Positions 26,908 to 36,565 of a DNA stretch of 64,000 bases are shown piece by piece. The DNA comes from a virus (taxonomy: Duplodnaviria > Caudoviricetes), in IMG/VR virus record IMGVR_UViG_3300032272_000006, positions 19,754 to 83,753 of that record; one strand, written 5' to 3'. The stretch's first letter is position 1; the number at the start of each line of letters is the position of its first letter. A model generated the notes under the pieces. It was not told the DNA's origin. It saw nothing but the letters and a program-made list of their open reading frames with translations, and did no database searches. A program made the translations under genes and the position numbers.

Positions 26908-28649
26908 TGGACATCTCGGTACTCGGCGACTGGGGCGTCATTGACGGCGCCACCGGCAAGGTGCGCAAGCGCCTTGCTGAGGACTTGCAGACGGAAACCG
27001 AAATGGTCGGCAACCGTCTCAAGTTTCGCCCGTCGCGCACGTCACTGACCTACCTCGCCCATACGGCAGGAGCGGAGTTCGCGCCTAATTGCCGTACCGC
27101 GTGGGGTCACTTTTTCAAGAACCGAGCCGTCACCAAGGGCGTCTTCGAGTTCAAGACGAAGCCATACGAGCACCAGGAAGAGACGTTCGACCTGATCAAG
27201 GATCGAACTTACTACGCTCTCGAATGGGAGATGGGCCTCGGCAAGACGAAGTGTGCCCTTGACGTGTCGGCCTACAAGTTCCTCAATCACCAGATAGATA
27301 TGGTGATCGTTGTCACCGACAAAGGCGTCCACGAGAATTGGGTCGTGCGCGAGATTCCCGTCCATCTTGCCGTTGACCCGAAGCGAGTCAAGACGGCTTT
27401 CTGGAACATCAATCGAGTGGAAGCCGGTATGCGCGGCATGGTCGAGTTCGAAGGCTTGTCCATTGCGACGATGAACTTCTCAGTCGTGGCGCGAAAGAAG
27501 GGCGAAGCGTTTATCCGGCGAGCATGCGCGGAGAGACGGGTGCTGCTTATCGTGGACGAGTCCGACCGTATTGCCACGCCCAGCGCTGCTCAAACCAAAG
27601 CGCTCCTGCGCTATGGCAAGTTAGCATCCGCCCGTCTGATCATGACCGGAACGCCAATTGTCAATTCACCACTCGATGCCTGGGCACCTTTCAATTTCCT
27701 GAATCCACAGATTCTGGGTCAAGACAAGTTCTGGGCGTTTAAACATCGTTACTCCGTGTTCCAGGAACTACCCGGTATCACGCATATGGTATGGCGCAAG
27801 GACAAGAAAACAGGACGATCAATCCAGGTCGAGGAACCAGTCAAGGTCGTCGTTGGTCATAAGAACCTCGACGAACTCAAGCGACGCATCGACCCGCACC
27901 GGTCTCGCTTGCTCAAAGAGGACTGCCTCGACCTGCCCGAAAAGACGTACCGTCGGCACCCGTTCGAATTGCCCGACGAGTACAAGAAGGCCTACAAGTC
28001 GCTGAAGAACGACTTGATGATCGAACTCGATGGCGACCGGCGCGTCACAGCCCCGCTTGCCTTGACGAAATTGCTACGCCTGCAGCAGTTGGTTTGTGGA
28101 TTCGTCGTGCCTGAAGACGCAGGCATGGGCGACTCGGATTTGATCGGTGAGGCGTTTTCAGAAGTCAATCCTCGCATCGAAGCCCTTTCCCAAGTCGTGG
28201 ATCGGGTTCAAGGTAAAGCATTGATCTGGGCGCCGTGGCGCTACTCCCTCGCCGAGATCGAGAAATGCCTTTCAGAGAAGTATGGTGCCGACTCGGTCGT
28301 CACATACTCGGGCGCGACCTCGACGGCAGACCGAACTTACGCCATCAATGCCTTCCAGGATCCCGACTCGCCTGTGCGCTGGTTTATCGGGCAGCAACAG
28401 GCTGGTGGCCGAGGACTCACGCTGACACAGGCGCGCGACGTGATATACTACGCGAACACGTACTCCTACGCACTACGCCTACAATCGGAGGACCGGGCGC
28501 ATCGAATTGGACAGACGGGAACGGTGACCTATACCGACCTCGAAGCCATATCAACGGTCGATGGTAAGATCATTCAGGCCCTGCTAGACAAGCAAGAGAT
28601 TGCCTCGATGATCACCGGTGACCGCCTTAAAGAATGGTTGACCGATTAG
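26907..28649 (+). CDS. SNF2-family (SF2) helicase
   Basis: EMGLGKT, VDESDRI, MTGTP, GGRGLTLT, QSEDRAHRIGQ motifs. Confidence 0.9.
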   Translation: MDISVLGDWGVIDGATGKVRKRLAEDLQTETEMVGNRLKFRPSRTSLTYLAHTAGAEFAPNCRTAWGHFFKNRAVTKGVFEFKTKPYEHQEETFDLIKDRTYYALEWEMGLGKTKCALDVSAYKFLNHQIDMVIVVTDKGVHENWVVREIPVHLAVDPKRVKTAFWNINRVEAGMRGMVEFEGLSIATMNFSVVARKKGEAFIRRACAERRVLLIVDESDRIATPSAAQTKALLRYGKLASARLIMTGTPIVNSPLDAWAPFNFLNPQILGQDKFWAFKHRYSVFQELPGITHMVWRKDKKTGRSIQVEEPVKVVVGHKNLDELKRRIDPHRSRLLKEDCLDLPEKTYRRHPFELPDEYKKAYKSLKNDLMIELDGDRRVTAPLALTKLLRLQQLVCGFVVPEDAGMGDSDLIGEAFSEVNPRIEALSQVVDRVQGKALIWAPWRYSLAEIEKCLSEKYGADSVVTYSGATSTADRTYAINAFQDPDSPVRWFIGQQQAGGRGLTLTQARDVIYYANTYSYALRLQSEDRAHRIGQTGTVTYTDLEAISTVDGKIIQALLDKQEIASMITGDRLKEWLTD

Positions 28650-28690
28650 GGTCTTCCATATAGTTTCACAGCATCAGTGGAGATAACGAA

Positions 28691-29089
28691 ATGCCGCGCG
28701 TTTACATCATCAACCAGCCACGAGACAACCCTCGGGCAGCCCTAGGGCCGTCTTACGACGTGTCGCCCGCCATGCAGTACGGCGAGATTCACTTCGTTTT
28801 CCCGACGGACGACTTTCCGTCTCCGTCAGCGGATTTGGATCGCGCAATCGAACACGCTTGGAAAGCCCTCGCCGATTTCGACGCGGAAACCGACTACGTT
28901 GTATGGGCCGGCGGCGATCCGATCTCGATGCTGATTGCAGCGCCGATACTGTTCGACCTTGCAGGCGATGGCGTTCGCTATCTGAAGTTCGAACGCGGTC
29001 GCGCCCCGAACGGAGACAAGATCCAGTCGGGTTACTACTCGCCCAAGACAGTAACCTTATTCAACGAGGAAACAGATGACGAAGAGTAA
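28691..29089 (+). CDS. Conserved phage hypothetical protein
   Basis: RBS and codon usage match neighbouring genes. Confidence 0.6.
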   Translation: MPRVYIINQPRDNPRAALGPSYDVSPAMQYGEIHFVFPTDDFPSPSADLDRAIEHAWKALADFDAETDYVVWAGGDPISMLIAAPILFDLAGDGVRYLKFERGRAPNGDKIQSGYYSPKTVTLFNEETDDEE

Positions 29090-29669
29090 AGAAGACATCC
29101 TTGCCGAACTCGAAGACACAGAAGTCGCCGGTGAAGCCGAACTCCTGACGGTCTCGAACCTGGTCGCCTTGCAGCTCACCCGCGAGGGCGAGGTCAGCCG
29201 CCTCGAGGCCGAATTGAAGGCGGCGAAAGCCGACCTGCTCGACATTAGCGACCGCAAATTGCCGGAGGCGTTGAAGAACGCCCGCACCAAGAAGTTCGTC
29301 ACCGACGACGGCAAAACGGTCGAACTCAAGGAGGAGTTGACAATCTCCCTCCCGAAGAAGCGAAACGACGAGATCATTGCCAAGCTAGTGTCTTGGGACT
29401 TCGGTGACCTCGTCGCAAATACCTTGACCTGTGATATTGAGAAAGGCAAGGACAACCTCGCCGGCGAGATCATGGAAAAGGCGAACGAGATCGGTCTCGA
29501 CATGAAAAGGTCGAAGTCGGTCAATGCAGGTTCGGTCAAGAAGGTGTTGAAGGACCGAATGAAGGATTGCGCTGAAGGAAAGAAGGACAAGGACGGCAAA
29601 CCTCTCGAAGCCGTGGACCTAGGATTCTTCGGTGCGTTCGAAGTTACCCGTGCTAAAATAACCCAGTAA
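29076..29669 (+). CDS. Conserved phage replication/recombination-module protein
   Basis: Coiled-coil N-terminus, KLPEAL...FVTDDGKTVELK; lies upstream of the SSB-like gene. Confidence 0.55.
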   Translation: MTKSKEDILAELEDTEVAGEAELLTVSNLVALQLTREGEVSRLEAELKAAKADLLDISDRKLPEALKNARTKKFVTDDGKTVELKEELTISLPKKRNDEIIAKLVSWDFGDLVANTLTCDIEKGKDNLAGEIMEKANEIGLDMKRSKSVNAGSVKKVLKDRMKDCAEGKKDKDGKPLEAVDLGFFGAFEVTRAKITQ

Positions 29670-29692
29670 CCGCAGACCAGAAGGAGATTAAC

Positions 29693-30571
29693 ATGGCTGC
29701 AAAGAAAGAAGTCGCGAAGAAGGCGGAGGCAGGCCTGCCAGCCGCCCTTCTCGAAGAGCTCGAGATCGCAGGAGCCGAGCGGGAGGTGATGGGTAAGGAC
29801 GATATGTCCATTCCGTTCCTCCAGATCCTGCAAAGCCTATCGCCGCAGTGCACGAAGGGCGAGCCGGAGTTCATCAAAGGCGCGGAAGCGTCGATGCTGT
29901 TCAATACGGTGACCAAGGATATGTTCCCGACGTATGACGAGGACGACAACTCCTTGCCGGGCGCCCACGTCATCTCCATTGCCTACAAGCCATCCTTTAT
30001 CGAATGGGTGCCTCGTGCGCAAGGCGGCGGCTTCGTCAACGAGTACGACGTTGCGGTCGGGTCGACCATCATCACTCAGCGAAACGACACGAACCAGGAC
30101 ATTATTCAGCCGGGTTCCCCTGTCGGTACGCCGGGCAACCAGTTGGCCTATACCCATACCCACTTCGTCTTCGTCGTTGACAAAGCAACCGGTCGCATTA
30201 AGCCGGCCGTTATGTCGATGACTTCGACCCAGGTCAAGCCGTCGAAGACATGGAATGCTCTGATCAACGAGACCGAATTGCCGTCCGGCAAGCCGGCGCC
30301 TCGCTTCTTCGGCGTATGGGCCGTCTCGACTCAGCGTCGCTCGAACGATCACGGCACCTGGTACGTCTGGGACTTCACGCGGGATGGTTCAATCATCGAC
30401 CTCGGCGACGCAGCCGGTGCGGTGATGGCCGAAGCGAAGAAATTTGCTACCGGCATCGACGAAGGCGAGGTCTCCGCTGATCATGCGAAGGCCGCGGCAG
30501 CCGAGAACCCAACCGTTGATCCCGGCAAAGACGCCGGCGGCGAAGAGGGCGACGAAGAAATCCCGTTCTAA
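29693..30571 (+). CDS. Putative phage ssDNA-binding/annealing protein
   Basis: DMSIPFLQILQSLSPQ; acidic tail ending EEGDEEIPF. Confidence 0.6.
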   Translation: MAAKKEVAKKAEAGLPAALLEELEIAGAEREVMGKDDMSIPFLQILQSLSPQCTKGEPEFIKGAEASMLFNTVTKDMFPTYDEDDNSLPGAHVISIAYKPSFIEWVPRAQGGGFVNEYDVAVGSTIITQRNDTNQDIIQPGSPVGTPGNQLAYTHTHFVFVVDKATGRIKPAVMSMTSTQVKPSKTWNALINETELPSGKPAPRFFGVWAVSTQRRSNDHGTWYVWDFTRDGSIIDLGDAAGAVMAEAKKFATGIDEGEVSADHAKAAAAENPTVDPGKDAGGEEGDEEIPF

Positions 30572-30582
30572 GGAATTGACGC

Positions 30583-32112
30583 ATGAGCACTACTGATAGG
30601 TTCATGCGCCTCTTCCGCGGGTACACGAAACGGCACGGCCAGTACGTGGTCGAGAAGCAAGAAGACTCGGGCAAGTTTTCTGGCCGTGCCAATACCGTGG
30701 ACACGCCTCCTGACCAGGAGGCGTTCGAGGCGCATCTAAAAGGCGAGAAAGGCATCGGGGTTATCCCGTTGACCGAAGAAAACAAATGCTACTTTGCCGC
30801 TATCGACATTGACGTCTACCCGGTCGATCATATGAAGATCGCTTGGGCGGTAAAAGACATGCCGCTATTCGTCACGAGGTCGAAGTCGAACGGCGCGCAT
30901 ATCTGGCTCTTCATTCCAGACGGCGCAGACGCTACCGTCGTCGTCCGCTTCATGAAGAAGGTGGCGGGCGAACTCGGCTATGGCGGTTGCGAAATCTTCC
31001 CGAAGCAGACGCAACGGGCAGGCCCGCAGGACGTGGGCAACTGGATCAACCTGCCATACTTCGGCGACTCCCGTGTCGGCGTCGTGATACGATCAGAAAC
31101 GGAGAAGGTGCTCGACGAGTACCCACTCGAGCAGTGGCTCGACTTCGTGGAAGAGAATACCACGATGGTCACTCAGGAGGAACTCGACGAGCGTGCTCCT
31201 CGCGTTACCGGGACACGACGGTCGGGCGCAACCAAGAAGGACTTCGAGGATGGGCCTCCGTGTCTCGAGCGCATCATGCAAAATGGCATGGGCGAGGGTT
31301 CGCGGAATAACGTCATGTACCAGTGCATCCAATACTTGGTGCGCAAGTACACCTCAGCCGACGAGATCGAAGGCCGGGCGATGAAGTTCAATCTTGAAGC
31401 CTACGACCCGCCTTTGCCAGCGTCCGAGGTTCGGGCGGTTCTCAAGTCAGTGATGGCGAAGGAGCGCGGGTTCAAGTGTCACGAGGAGCCAATGTCCGGC
31501 TACTGCGACCGACAAGCATGTCTTCGTCGCACGTTCGGAGTCGGTTCCGACACAAGCGACCTTGAGTTTGAGATCGGCGGCTTCTCGAAATTGCTGTCTG
31601 AACCACCTATGTATGCGTTCAACGCAGACGGCAAGCGAGTCATTCTGCCGAACGTCAAAGCGCTGTCCAACCAGAAGGAGTTCCGCAACTACCTAATCGA
31701 CGCGATCTCGAAAGTCATGCCGATGATGGTGCAGGGTAAGTACGACCAGCTCCTTCGCCAGTGGCTGTCGAATTGCGAAGACGTGCCCATGCCACCGGAC
31801 GCTGATTTCCGGACACAGTGGGCGGATGCTCTCGTCGACTTCGTCGAGTCGCATCTTCACGACGACCGGGCCCGTATCGTCAAAGGGCACGCTTGGATCG
31901 ACATGGAGGCGGGACGTGCTTATTTCCAGCTCCAGGCATTCAAGAAATATCTCGGTCAGCAGCGTATCACCTTCACCGACGCGCTCCTTTCCGTGTACTT
32001 GGTCGAGAAGGTCGGAATGACTTTCCACGCGAAGGGCACGACGGTCGCGGGAACGTCTCAAAGGTTATATAGTATCCCGGTCGCGATGCTCGATCCAAAT
32101 GCTGGGAACTAG
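30583..32112 (+). CDS. AEP-superfamily primase (primase-polymerase) with PriCT-like domain
   Basis: AIDID, RSKSNGAHIWLF, GNWINLPYF; GPPCLE...GSRNN. Confidence 0.85.
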   Translation: MSTTDRFMRLFRGYTKRHGQYVVEKQEDSGKFSGRANTVDTPPDQEAFEAHLKGEKGIGVIPLTEENKCYFAAIDIDVYPVDHMKIAWAVKDMPLFVTRSKSNGAHIWLFIPDGADATVVVRFMKKVAGELGYGGCEIFPKQTQRAGPQDVGNWINLPYFGDSRVGVVIRSETEKVLDEYPLEQWLDFVEENTTMVTQEELDERAPRVTGTRRSGATKKDFEDGPPCLERIMQNGMGEGSRNNVMYQCIQYLVRKYTSADEIEGRAMKFNLEAYDPPLPASEVRAVLKSVMAKERGFKCHEEPMSGYCDRQACLRRTFGVGSDTSDLEFEIGGFSKLLSEPPMYAFNADGKRVILPNVKALSNQKEFRNYLIDAISKVMPMMVQGKYDQLLRQWLSNCEDVPMPPDADFRTQWADALVDFVESHLHDDRARIVKGHAWIDMEAGRAYFQLQAFKKYLGQQRITFTDALLSVYLVEKVGMTFHAKGTTVAGTSQRLYSIPVAMLDPNAGN

Positions 32113-32114
32113 AT

Positions 32115-33587
32115 ATGCTAACGCTCGTCTTGGGAGGGCCAGGTTGTGGTAAGACCACCGCTTTGTTGAATATCATCGACGACCTGCTCTCCCGAGGCGT
32201 GGCGCCTAACAAGATTGCCTACCTGACATTTACGAAGAAGGCCGCTCAGGAAGGCTTGACTCGAGCCATGGAGAAGTTCAATTTCGAGGCGGACGATCTC
32301 CCATACTTTCGCACGCTGCACTCTCTCGCATTCCAGCAACTTGCCCTCGATCCCAACATGGTCATGACCGAGACGAATTGGCGCGAGTTTGGCGCCGTCG
32401 TCGGGTTGCAATTGACGGCCCCTCCTGAGGGTGAAATTGGCGGCAAGCCGGGATCACAATTTCTAAGCGCTGTCCAATTCGCGCGACTTCGTCAGAGGCC
32501 CCTCCGGTCGGTTTGCCAGGATCTCAAACTCGACCTCACCGAGGCCGAGTACATCGAAAGTCATCTCGCCGCGTTTAAACGGGATCGAGGGTTGGTCGAC
32601 TTCACCGACATGCTCGAAGCATTCCGAACCGAAGGCGTCGTCCCGCCCGTCGACTATTTGATCGTTGACGAGGGACAAGACCTCTCAACGCTGCAATGGC
32701 AAATCGTCGACCGCATAGCGAAGCGTGTTGACGATATGTGGGTTGCTGGTGACGATGACCAGGCGATCTACGAATGGGCGGGCGCCGACGTTGAGCGGTT
32801 CCTGAAACTCGAAGGCAAGAAGATCGTCCTGCCTATATCGTATCGACTCAAAACCAGCGTCTTCGACGTGACGCAAGGAATTGCTCACACGATCCGAGAC
32901 AGGTTCGACAAGGATTGGAAGCCGCATGCTGACGGAGGCGAGATTGACCGCGTCAATGGAATTGAGCATGTAAACCTCGACGAGGGATCTTGGTACCTCC
33001 TCGCCCGCAATCATTACCTCCTAGAACCCTTGCGTCGGCATCTGCGTGACAAAGGATACTCCTACCTCGAGCACGAACAGTCCTCGACTGACAACGCGAA
33101 CGTCCGAGCCATGATCCATTGGGAGGCATTGCGCAAAGGCGAGAAGATCAACGTAGAAACCCTGAAAGAAATCTGGAATCGCCTCAAGAGAGACGCAGTA
33201 GAATCGTCTCGCCTCGACATTGACCCGGAGGCAATCGTCTCTCTTGCGGATCTCCGTGGGCACTACGGCTTGTTGACGGACGCGCCTTGGTTCGAAGTGA
33301 TGCGGTTCAACGATTGGGAGATTGAGTACTACCGGGCATGTAGACAGCGTGGCGAGAAGCTGCTTGCACGTCCGCGGATCACGCTATCGACCATCCACGG
33401 TGTCAAAGGTGGGCAGGCCGACAACGTTTTCTTAATGAGCGACATGGCGCCCAAATCATACGAGGCACTGGTGCGCAAGAAATCGGACGAAGAAAAGCGG
33501 GTGTTCTACGTTGCGACATCTCGCGCGAAGGAGCGCTTGATAATCAACAACCCCGTCTCGCCTCGATACTTTGACTTAACGCAATAG
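32115..33587 (+). CDS. UvrD/Rep SF1 helicase
   Basis: GGPGCGKTT, VDEGQD, GDDDQAIYEW, STIHGVKGGQAD, VFYVATSRAK. Confidence 0.9.
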   Translation: MLTLVLGGPGCGKTTALLNIIDDLLSRGVAPNKIAYLTFTKKAAQEGLTRAMEKFNFEADDLPYFRTLHSLAFQQLALDPNMVMTETNWREFGAVVGLQLTAPPEGEIGGKPGSQFLSAVQFARLRQRPLRSVCQDLKLDLTEAEYIESHLAAFKRDRGLVDFTDMLEAFRTEGVVPPVDYLIVDEGQDLSTLQWQIVDRIAKRVDDMWVAGDDDQAIYEWAGADVERFLKLEGKKIVLPISYRLKTSVFDVTQGIAHTIRDRFDKDWKPHADGGEIDRVNGIEHVNLDEGSWYLLARNHYLLEPLRRHLRDKGYSYLEHEQSSTDNANVRAMIHWEALRKGEKINVETLKEIWNRLKRDAVESSRLDIDPEAIVSLADLRGHYGLLTDAPWFEVMRFNDWEIEYYRACRQRGEKLLARPRITLSTIHGVKGGQADNVFLMSDMAPKSYEALVRKKSDEEKRVFYVATSRAKERLIINNPVSPRYFDLTQ

Positions 33588-33596
33588 GAGAAAATA

Positions 33597-34178
33597 ATGC
33601 TACCAATAATGGTACCTTTAGACAGAACAACACAATGGATGGAAACGCATGCTGGAAAGCAGCTGTTCCTTCCCGTCACAGAAGACATGATCGAGATCGA
33701 AGACATCGCCCACGCCCTTTCGATGCAGTGCCGCTACGCTGGTCACACGAAGCAATTCTACTCGGTCGCGGAGCATTGCTGCCTCGTGTCGGATTGGGTG
33801 TGGCGCTCGATGAAAAATCATCCAGACTCTGAGCACCGAGTGAAGACAGCCCTTGCCGCGCTCATGCACGATGCGTCCGAGGCGTACTTGGTCGACATTC
33901 CGAAACCCATCAAGCCCTACCTCACCAACTACGCCGAGCTGGAACAGCAGATCGAAGTCGTGGTCGCGGACAAGTACGGCTTTGAGTACCCATATGCGAA
34001 ATTGATCAAAGAGGCGGACGTCCGTATACTGCTCGACGAGCGAGCACAGCTCTTTGATTGGTCAGGACACGACTGGGAGTTGCCTGTGTCCGAGCCCCTC
34101 GGTGTCCATATCGACGCACTCTCGCCGCAACAGGCGAAGGCGCAATTTCTTGAAAGGTTCCACGACTATGCCAGCTAA
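33597..34178 (+). CDS. HD-domain 5'-deoxynucleotidase-like phosphohydrolase
   Basis: IEDIAHALSMQCRYAGH...YSVAEH...LMHDASEAY. Confidence 0.85.
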   Translation: MLPIMVPLDRTTQWMETHAGKQLFLPVTEDMIEIEDIAHALSMQCRYAGHTKQFYSVAEHCCLVSDWVWRSMKNHPDSEHRVKTALAALMHDASEAYLVDIPKPIKPYLTNYAELEQQIEVVVADKYGFEYPYAKLIKEADVRILLDERAQLFDWSGHDWELPVSEPLGVHIDALSPQQAKAQFLERFHDYAS

Positions 34179-34674
34179 AGAACATTTGATCACGCGGGAG
34201 ATCGGCATCGACGCCGGTCACCGCGTTACCTACCACGGGTCGAAGTGTCGCAACATTCATGGGCACCGATACACGATCCAGGCGACCTGCGCCGGCCCGT
34301 TGTTCGATCAAGGCGAGCAGGAGGGCATGGTCCTCGACTTCGGCTTCCTCAAGGAAGAAATGATGGACGTCATTGATGGGGCCTGCGACCATGGCTTCAT
34401 TATGTGGAACAAGGATCCTTTGCTCGGTACCTTCTTGAACATGGATCCCGCCACATTGACGCATGAGACGGAGGCGCATCGCATCACCGAGACGGCGGTC
34501 GGCAAGATGTATGTTGTCCCGTTCGTCCCGACGGCCGAGAACCTCGCGCGTCACTGGTTCGACCTACTCGCCAAGCGCGTCAACGAACGAACCGATGGGC
34601 AGGCGCGGATGTATCAGATCACGGTGTGGGAGACGCCAAATTGCTCTGCCCAATATCCCTCGGTGCCCACCTAG
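34168..34674 (+). CDS. queD: 6-carboxy-5,6,7,8-tetrahydropterin synthase
   Basis: DAGHR, CRNIHGHRY, GMVLDFG, PTAENLA, VWETP; start set at ATG 34168. Confidence 0.92.
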   Translation: MPAKEHLITREIGIDAGHRVTYHGSKCRNIHGHRYTIQATCAGPLFDQGEQEGMVLDFGFLKEEMMDVIDGACDHGFIMWNKDPLLGTFLNMDPATLTHETEAHRITETAVGKMYVVPFVPTAENLARHWFDLLAKRVNERTDGQARMYQITVWETPNCSAQYPSVPT

Positions 34675-34744
34675 GACGCAAATTGTTTTGACCGTTTGAC
34701 CGTGCTACAGTACAGTCATTCGACGACATGGTAACCTCCGAACT

Positions 34745-34777
34745 TGGGCCCGGATTAAACCCCGGGCCCATTTTTTT
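34745..34777 (+). terminator. Intrinsic terminator after queD
   Basis: TGGGCCCGG/CCGGGCCCA stem plus 7 T; the loop region reads GATTAAAC. Confidence 0.85.
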
Positions 34778-34778
34778 C

Positions 34779-34807
34779 TTGACACCTAGGTATAAGTCGC
34801 TTATAAG
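34779..34807 (+). promoter_or_regulatory. Sigma70 promoter
   Basis: TTGACA-17 bp-TATAAG. Confidence 0.8.
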
Positions 34808-34862
34808 TGTTGGGAAGGTTCGATAACGAGCTTTCTTAAATAACGCAACAACGGAGAAGATC

Positions 34863-35582
34863 ATGTATATCGTAACTCAGAATTCAAAAGGCGTTGCCGC
34901 AGTTTTCACCGCGAACGAAGACGAGGCAAACTTGTTCAACAACGAGCCGGAGCTTTTCGCGGACGACCTCAGCGGTTGGGTGATCAGCGAGGCGGCTGAT
35001 CTCGAGGCAAACTTGTCCAAAGGTCAGATGGTCGCCATTTATAATTCACTGGCGGGTGAGAATCTGGTCAAGTTCCAGAACAAGGCGATGGGCGCCCAGC
35101 GCACAATGCCCTTGGTCGAGCGCAACGCCAAGCCGTTCGATGAACTCGGTGCCAAGCCGGTTTCGACGGATGACGGCACGACCTTGGTCGATCATCTCGA
35201 CCACATCGTTGTCCAAGACAAGCCGAAGTCGCGTGGTCGCTCGGACAAGGGCATCCACAACATCCCGCCCAAAGATAGGGCGGTGGCTTGCCGTGCTGGA
35301 ACGAAGCAGCAGGCTCTCATTGACGCTCTCGCGAAGGGTGCGACGATGGCCGACCTGCTCGACGCGACGTCCGCGAAGAACGGCGGCAAGGATTGGACGG
35401 AGGGTTCTGTCAAGTCGGGCTTCTACGAAGACGTCAACACCAAGAAGGGTTATGGCGTCCGGACGGAAGTTGTCGTCGAAGGCGATCCTTCGACCTACAA
35501 GTACTTCCTCGTGTACCCTGAAGGCGCCAGCGCACCGTTGGCACCTACCTCGAAAAAGAAAGTGGAGGATACCGACTCCTAA
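34863..35582 (+). CDS. Hypothetical protein with possible C-terminal winged-helix (DUF3489-like)
   Basis: GTKQQALIDALAKGATMADL...W...SVKSGF; has its own promoter and leader. Confidence 0.5.
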   Translation: MYIVTQNSKGVAAVFTANEDEANLFNNEPELFADDLSGWVISEAADLEANLSKGQMVAIYNSLAGENLVKFQNKAMGAQRTMPLVERNAKPFDELGAKPVSTDDGTTLVDHLDHIVVQDKPKSRGRSDKGIHNIPPKDRAVACRAGTKQQALIDALAKGATMADLLDATSAKNGGKDWTEGSVKSGFYEDVNTKKGYGVRTEVVVEGDPSTYKYFLVYPEGASAPLAPTSKKKVEDTDS

Positions 35583-35590
35583 GATCGTTG

Positions 35591-35619
35591 TTGCGCCAAA
35601 CGGTTCGGCGCGCTAATAT
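35591..35619 (+). promoter_or_regulatory. Sigma70-like promoter upstream of queC
   Basis: TTGCGC-17 bp-TAATAT (GCTAATAT, alphaproteobacterial-type -10). Confidence 0.55.
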
Positions 35620-35710
35620 GTGATGGACGGCCCGGGCCTTCGTGCCCGGGTCATTCATTAACGCCTCACCGTTTAAACACCTGTGATGGTTCAACCAGGA
35701 GACAAAAACC

Positions 35711-36565
35711 ATGGCGAAAGCGACTGTTGTCCTTTCCGGAGGACAGGATTCTACGACCTGCCTCTATTGGGCACTAAATCAAACCTTCGACGAAGTAGCC
35801 GCGGTCACGTTTGACTACGGTCAACGACACCGCACCGAGATCGACTCGGCAATCAAGATCGCTCGGATGGCAGGCATTGCCAAGCACGTCGTCCTCGAGC
35901 TGTCACCCGACACCCTGCGCTCAGATTCGCCTCTCACGTCAGGCAACGACCTCGAGCAGTACGACGACCACGCATCCTTGCCCGGCGGTCTCGAGAAGAC
36001 CTTCGTGCCGATGCGCAACCAAACCTTCCTGACAATCGCCGCAGCCGAGGCCTACCGCAACGGGCACCAAATGCTGATCACCGGCACCTGCGAAGAGGAC
36101 TTCGGAGGCTATCCTGATTGCCGCCGCGTCTTCATCGACGCGCTCGAGGCTGCTTGCAACCTAGGCACGTTCACGGGCAAGGACGGGGCGCTCGGCAAGT
36201 TGACGATCTCCACGCCTCTCATGACGTTGACGAAGGCCCAGAGCGTTGACCTCGCGATCCGGCTCGGTTGGGATTGCTGGAAAGCACTTGCCTACAGTCA
36301 TACGGCCTACGACGGCGCCTTCCCGCCCATCGGTCACGATCACGCTACCTTGCTGCGAGCCAAAGGGTTCGAGGAGCACGGCACGCCTGACCCGCTGGTC
36401 ATTCGCGCAATCGTCGAGGCCGGCATGGAAATCCCGGAGTCCGAAAATTACGACGTAGTGTCGGGCCTCCTCAACGATCCTTCCTTCCACAACGAGAACG
36501 AGATGTCCTTGCTTCTCGCCGTATGGGAAGAGATGCTAAACGGGTTGGGTGCGACCGATGGTTGA
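35711..36565 (+). CDS. queC: 7-cyano-7-deazaguanine synthase
   Basis: [30 protein letters not shown]. Confidence 0.93.
   Translation: MAKATVVLSGGQDSTTCLYWALNQTFDEVAAVTFDYGQRHRTEIDSAIKIARMAGIAKHVVLELSPDTLRSDSPLTSGNDLEQYDDHASLPGGLEKTFVPMRNQTFLTIAAAEAYRNGHQMLITGTCEEDFGGYPDCRRVFIDALEAACNLGTFTGKDGALGKLTISTPLMTLTKAQSVDLAIRLGWDCWKALAYSHTAYDGAFPPIGHDHATLLRAKGFEEHGTPDPLVIRAIVEAGMEIPESENYDVVSGLLNDPSFHNENEMSLLLAVWEEMLNGLGATDG

Noticed and set aside
28638-28664. TTGACC...TATAGT promoter
   Set aside because: Spacer is only 15 bp; not supported
35620-35710. PreQ1 riboswitch upstream of queC
   Set aside because: No preQ1-I aptamer pattern or A-rich 3' tail seen; only a GC hairpin and a GTTTAAAC copy
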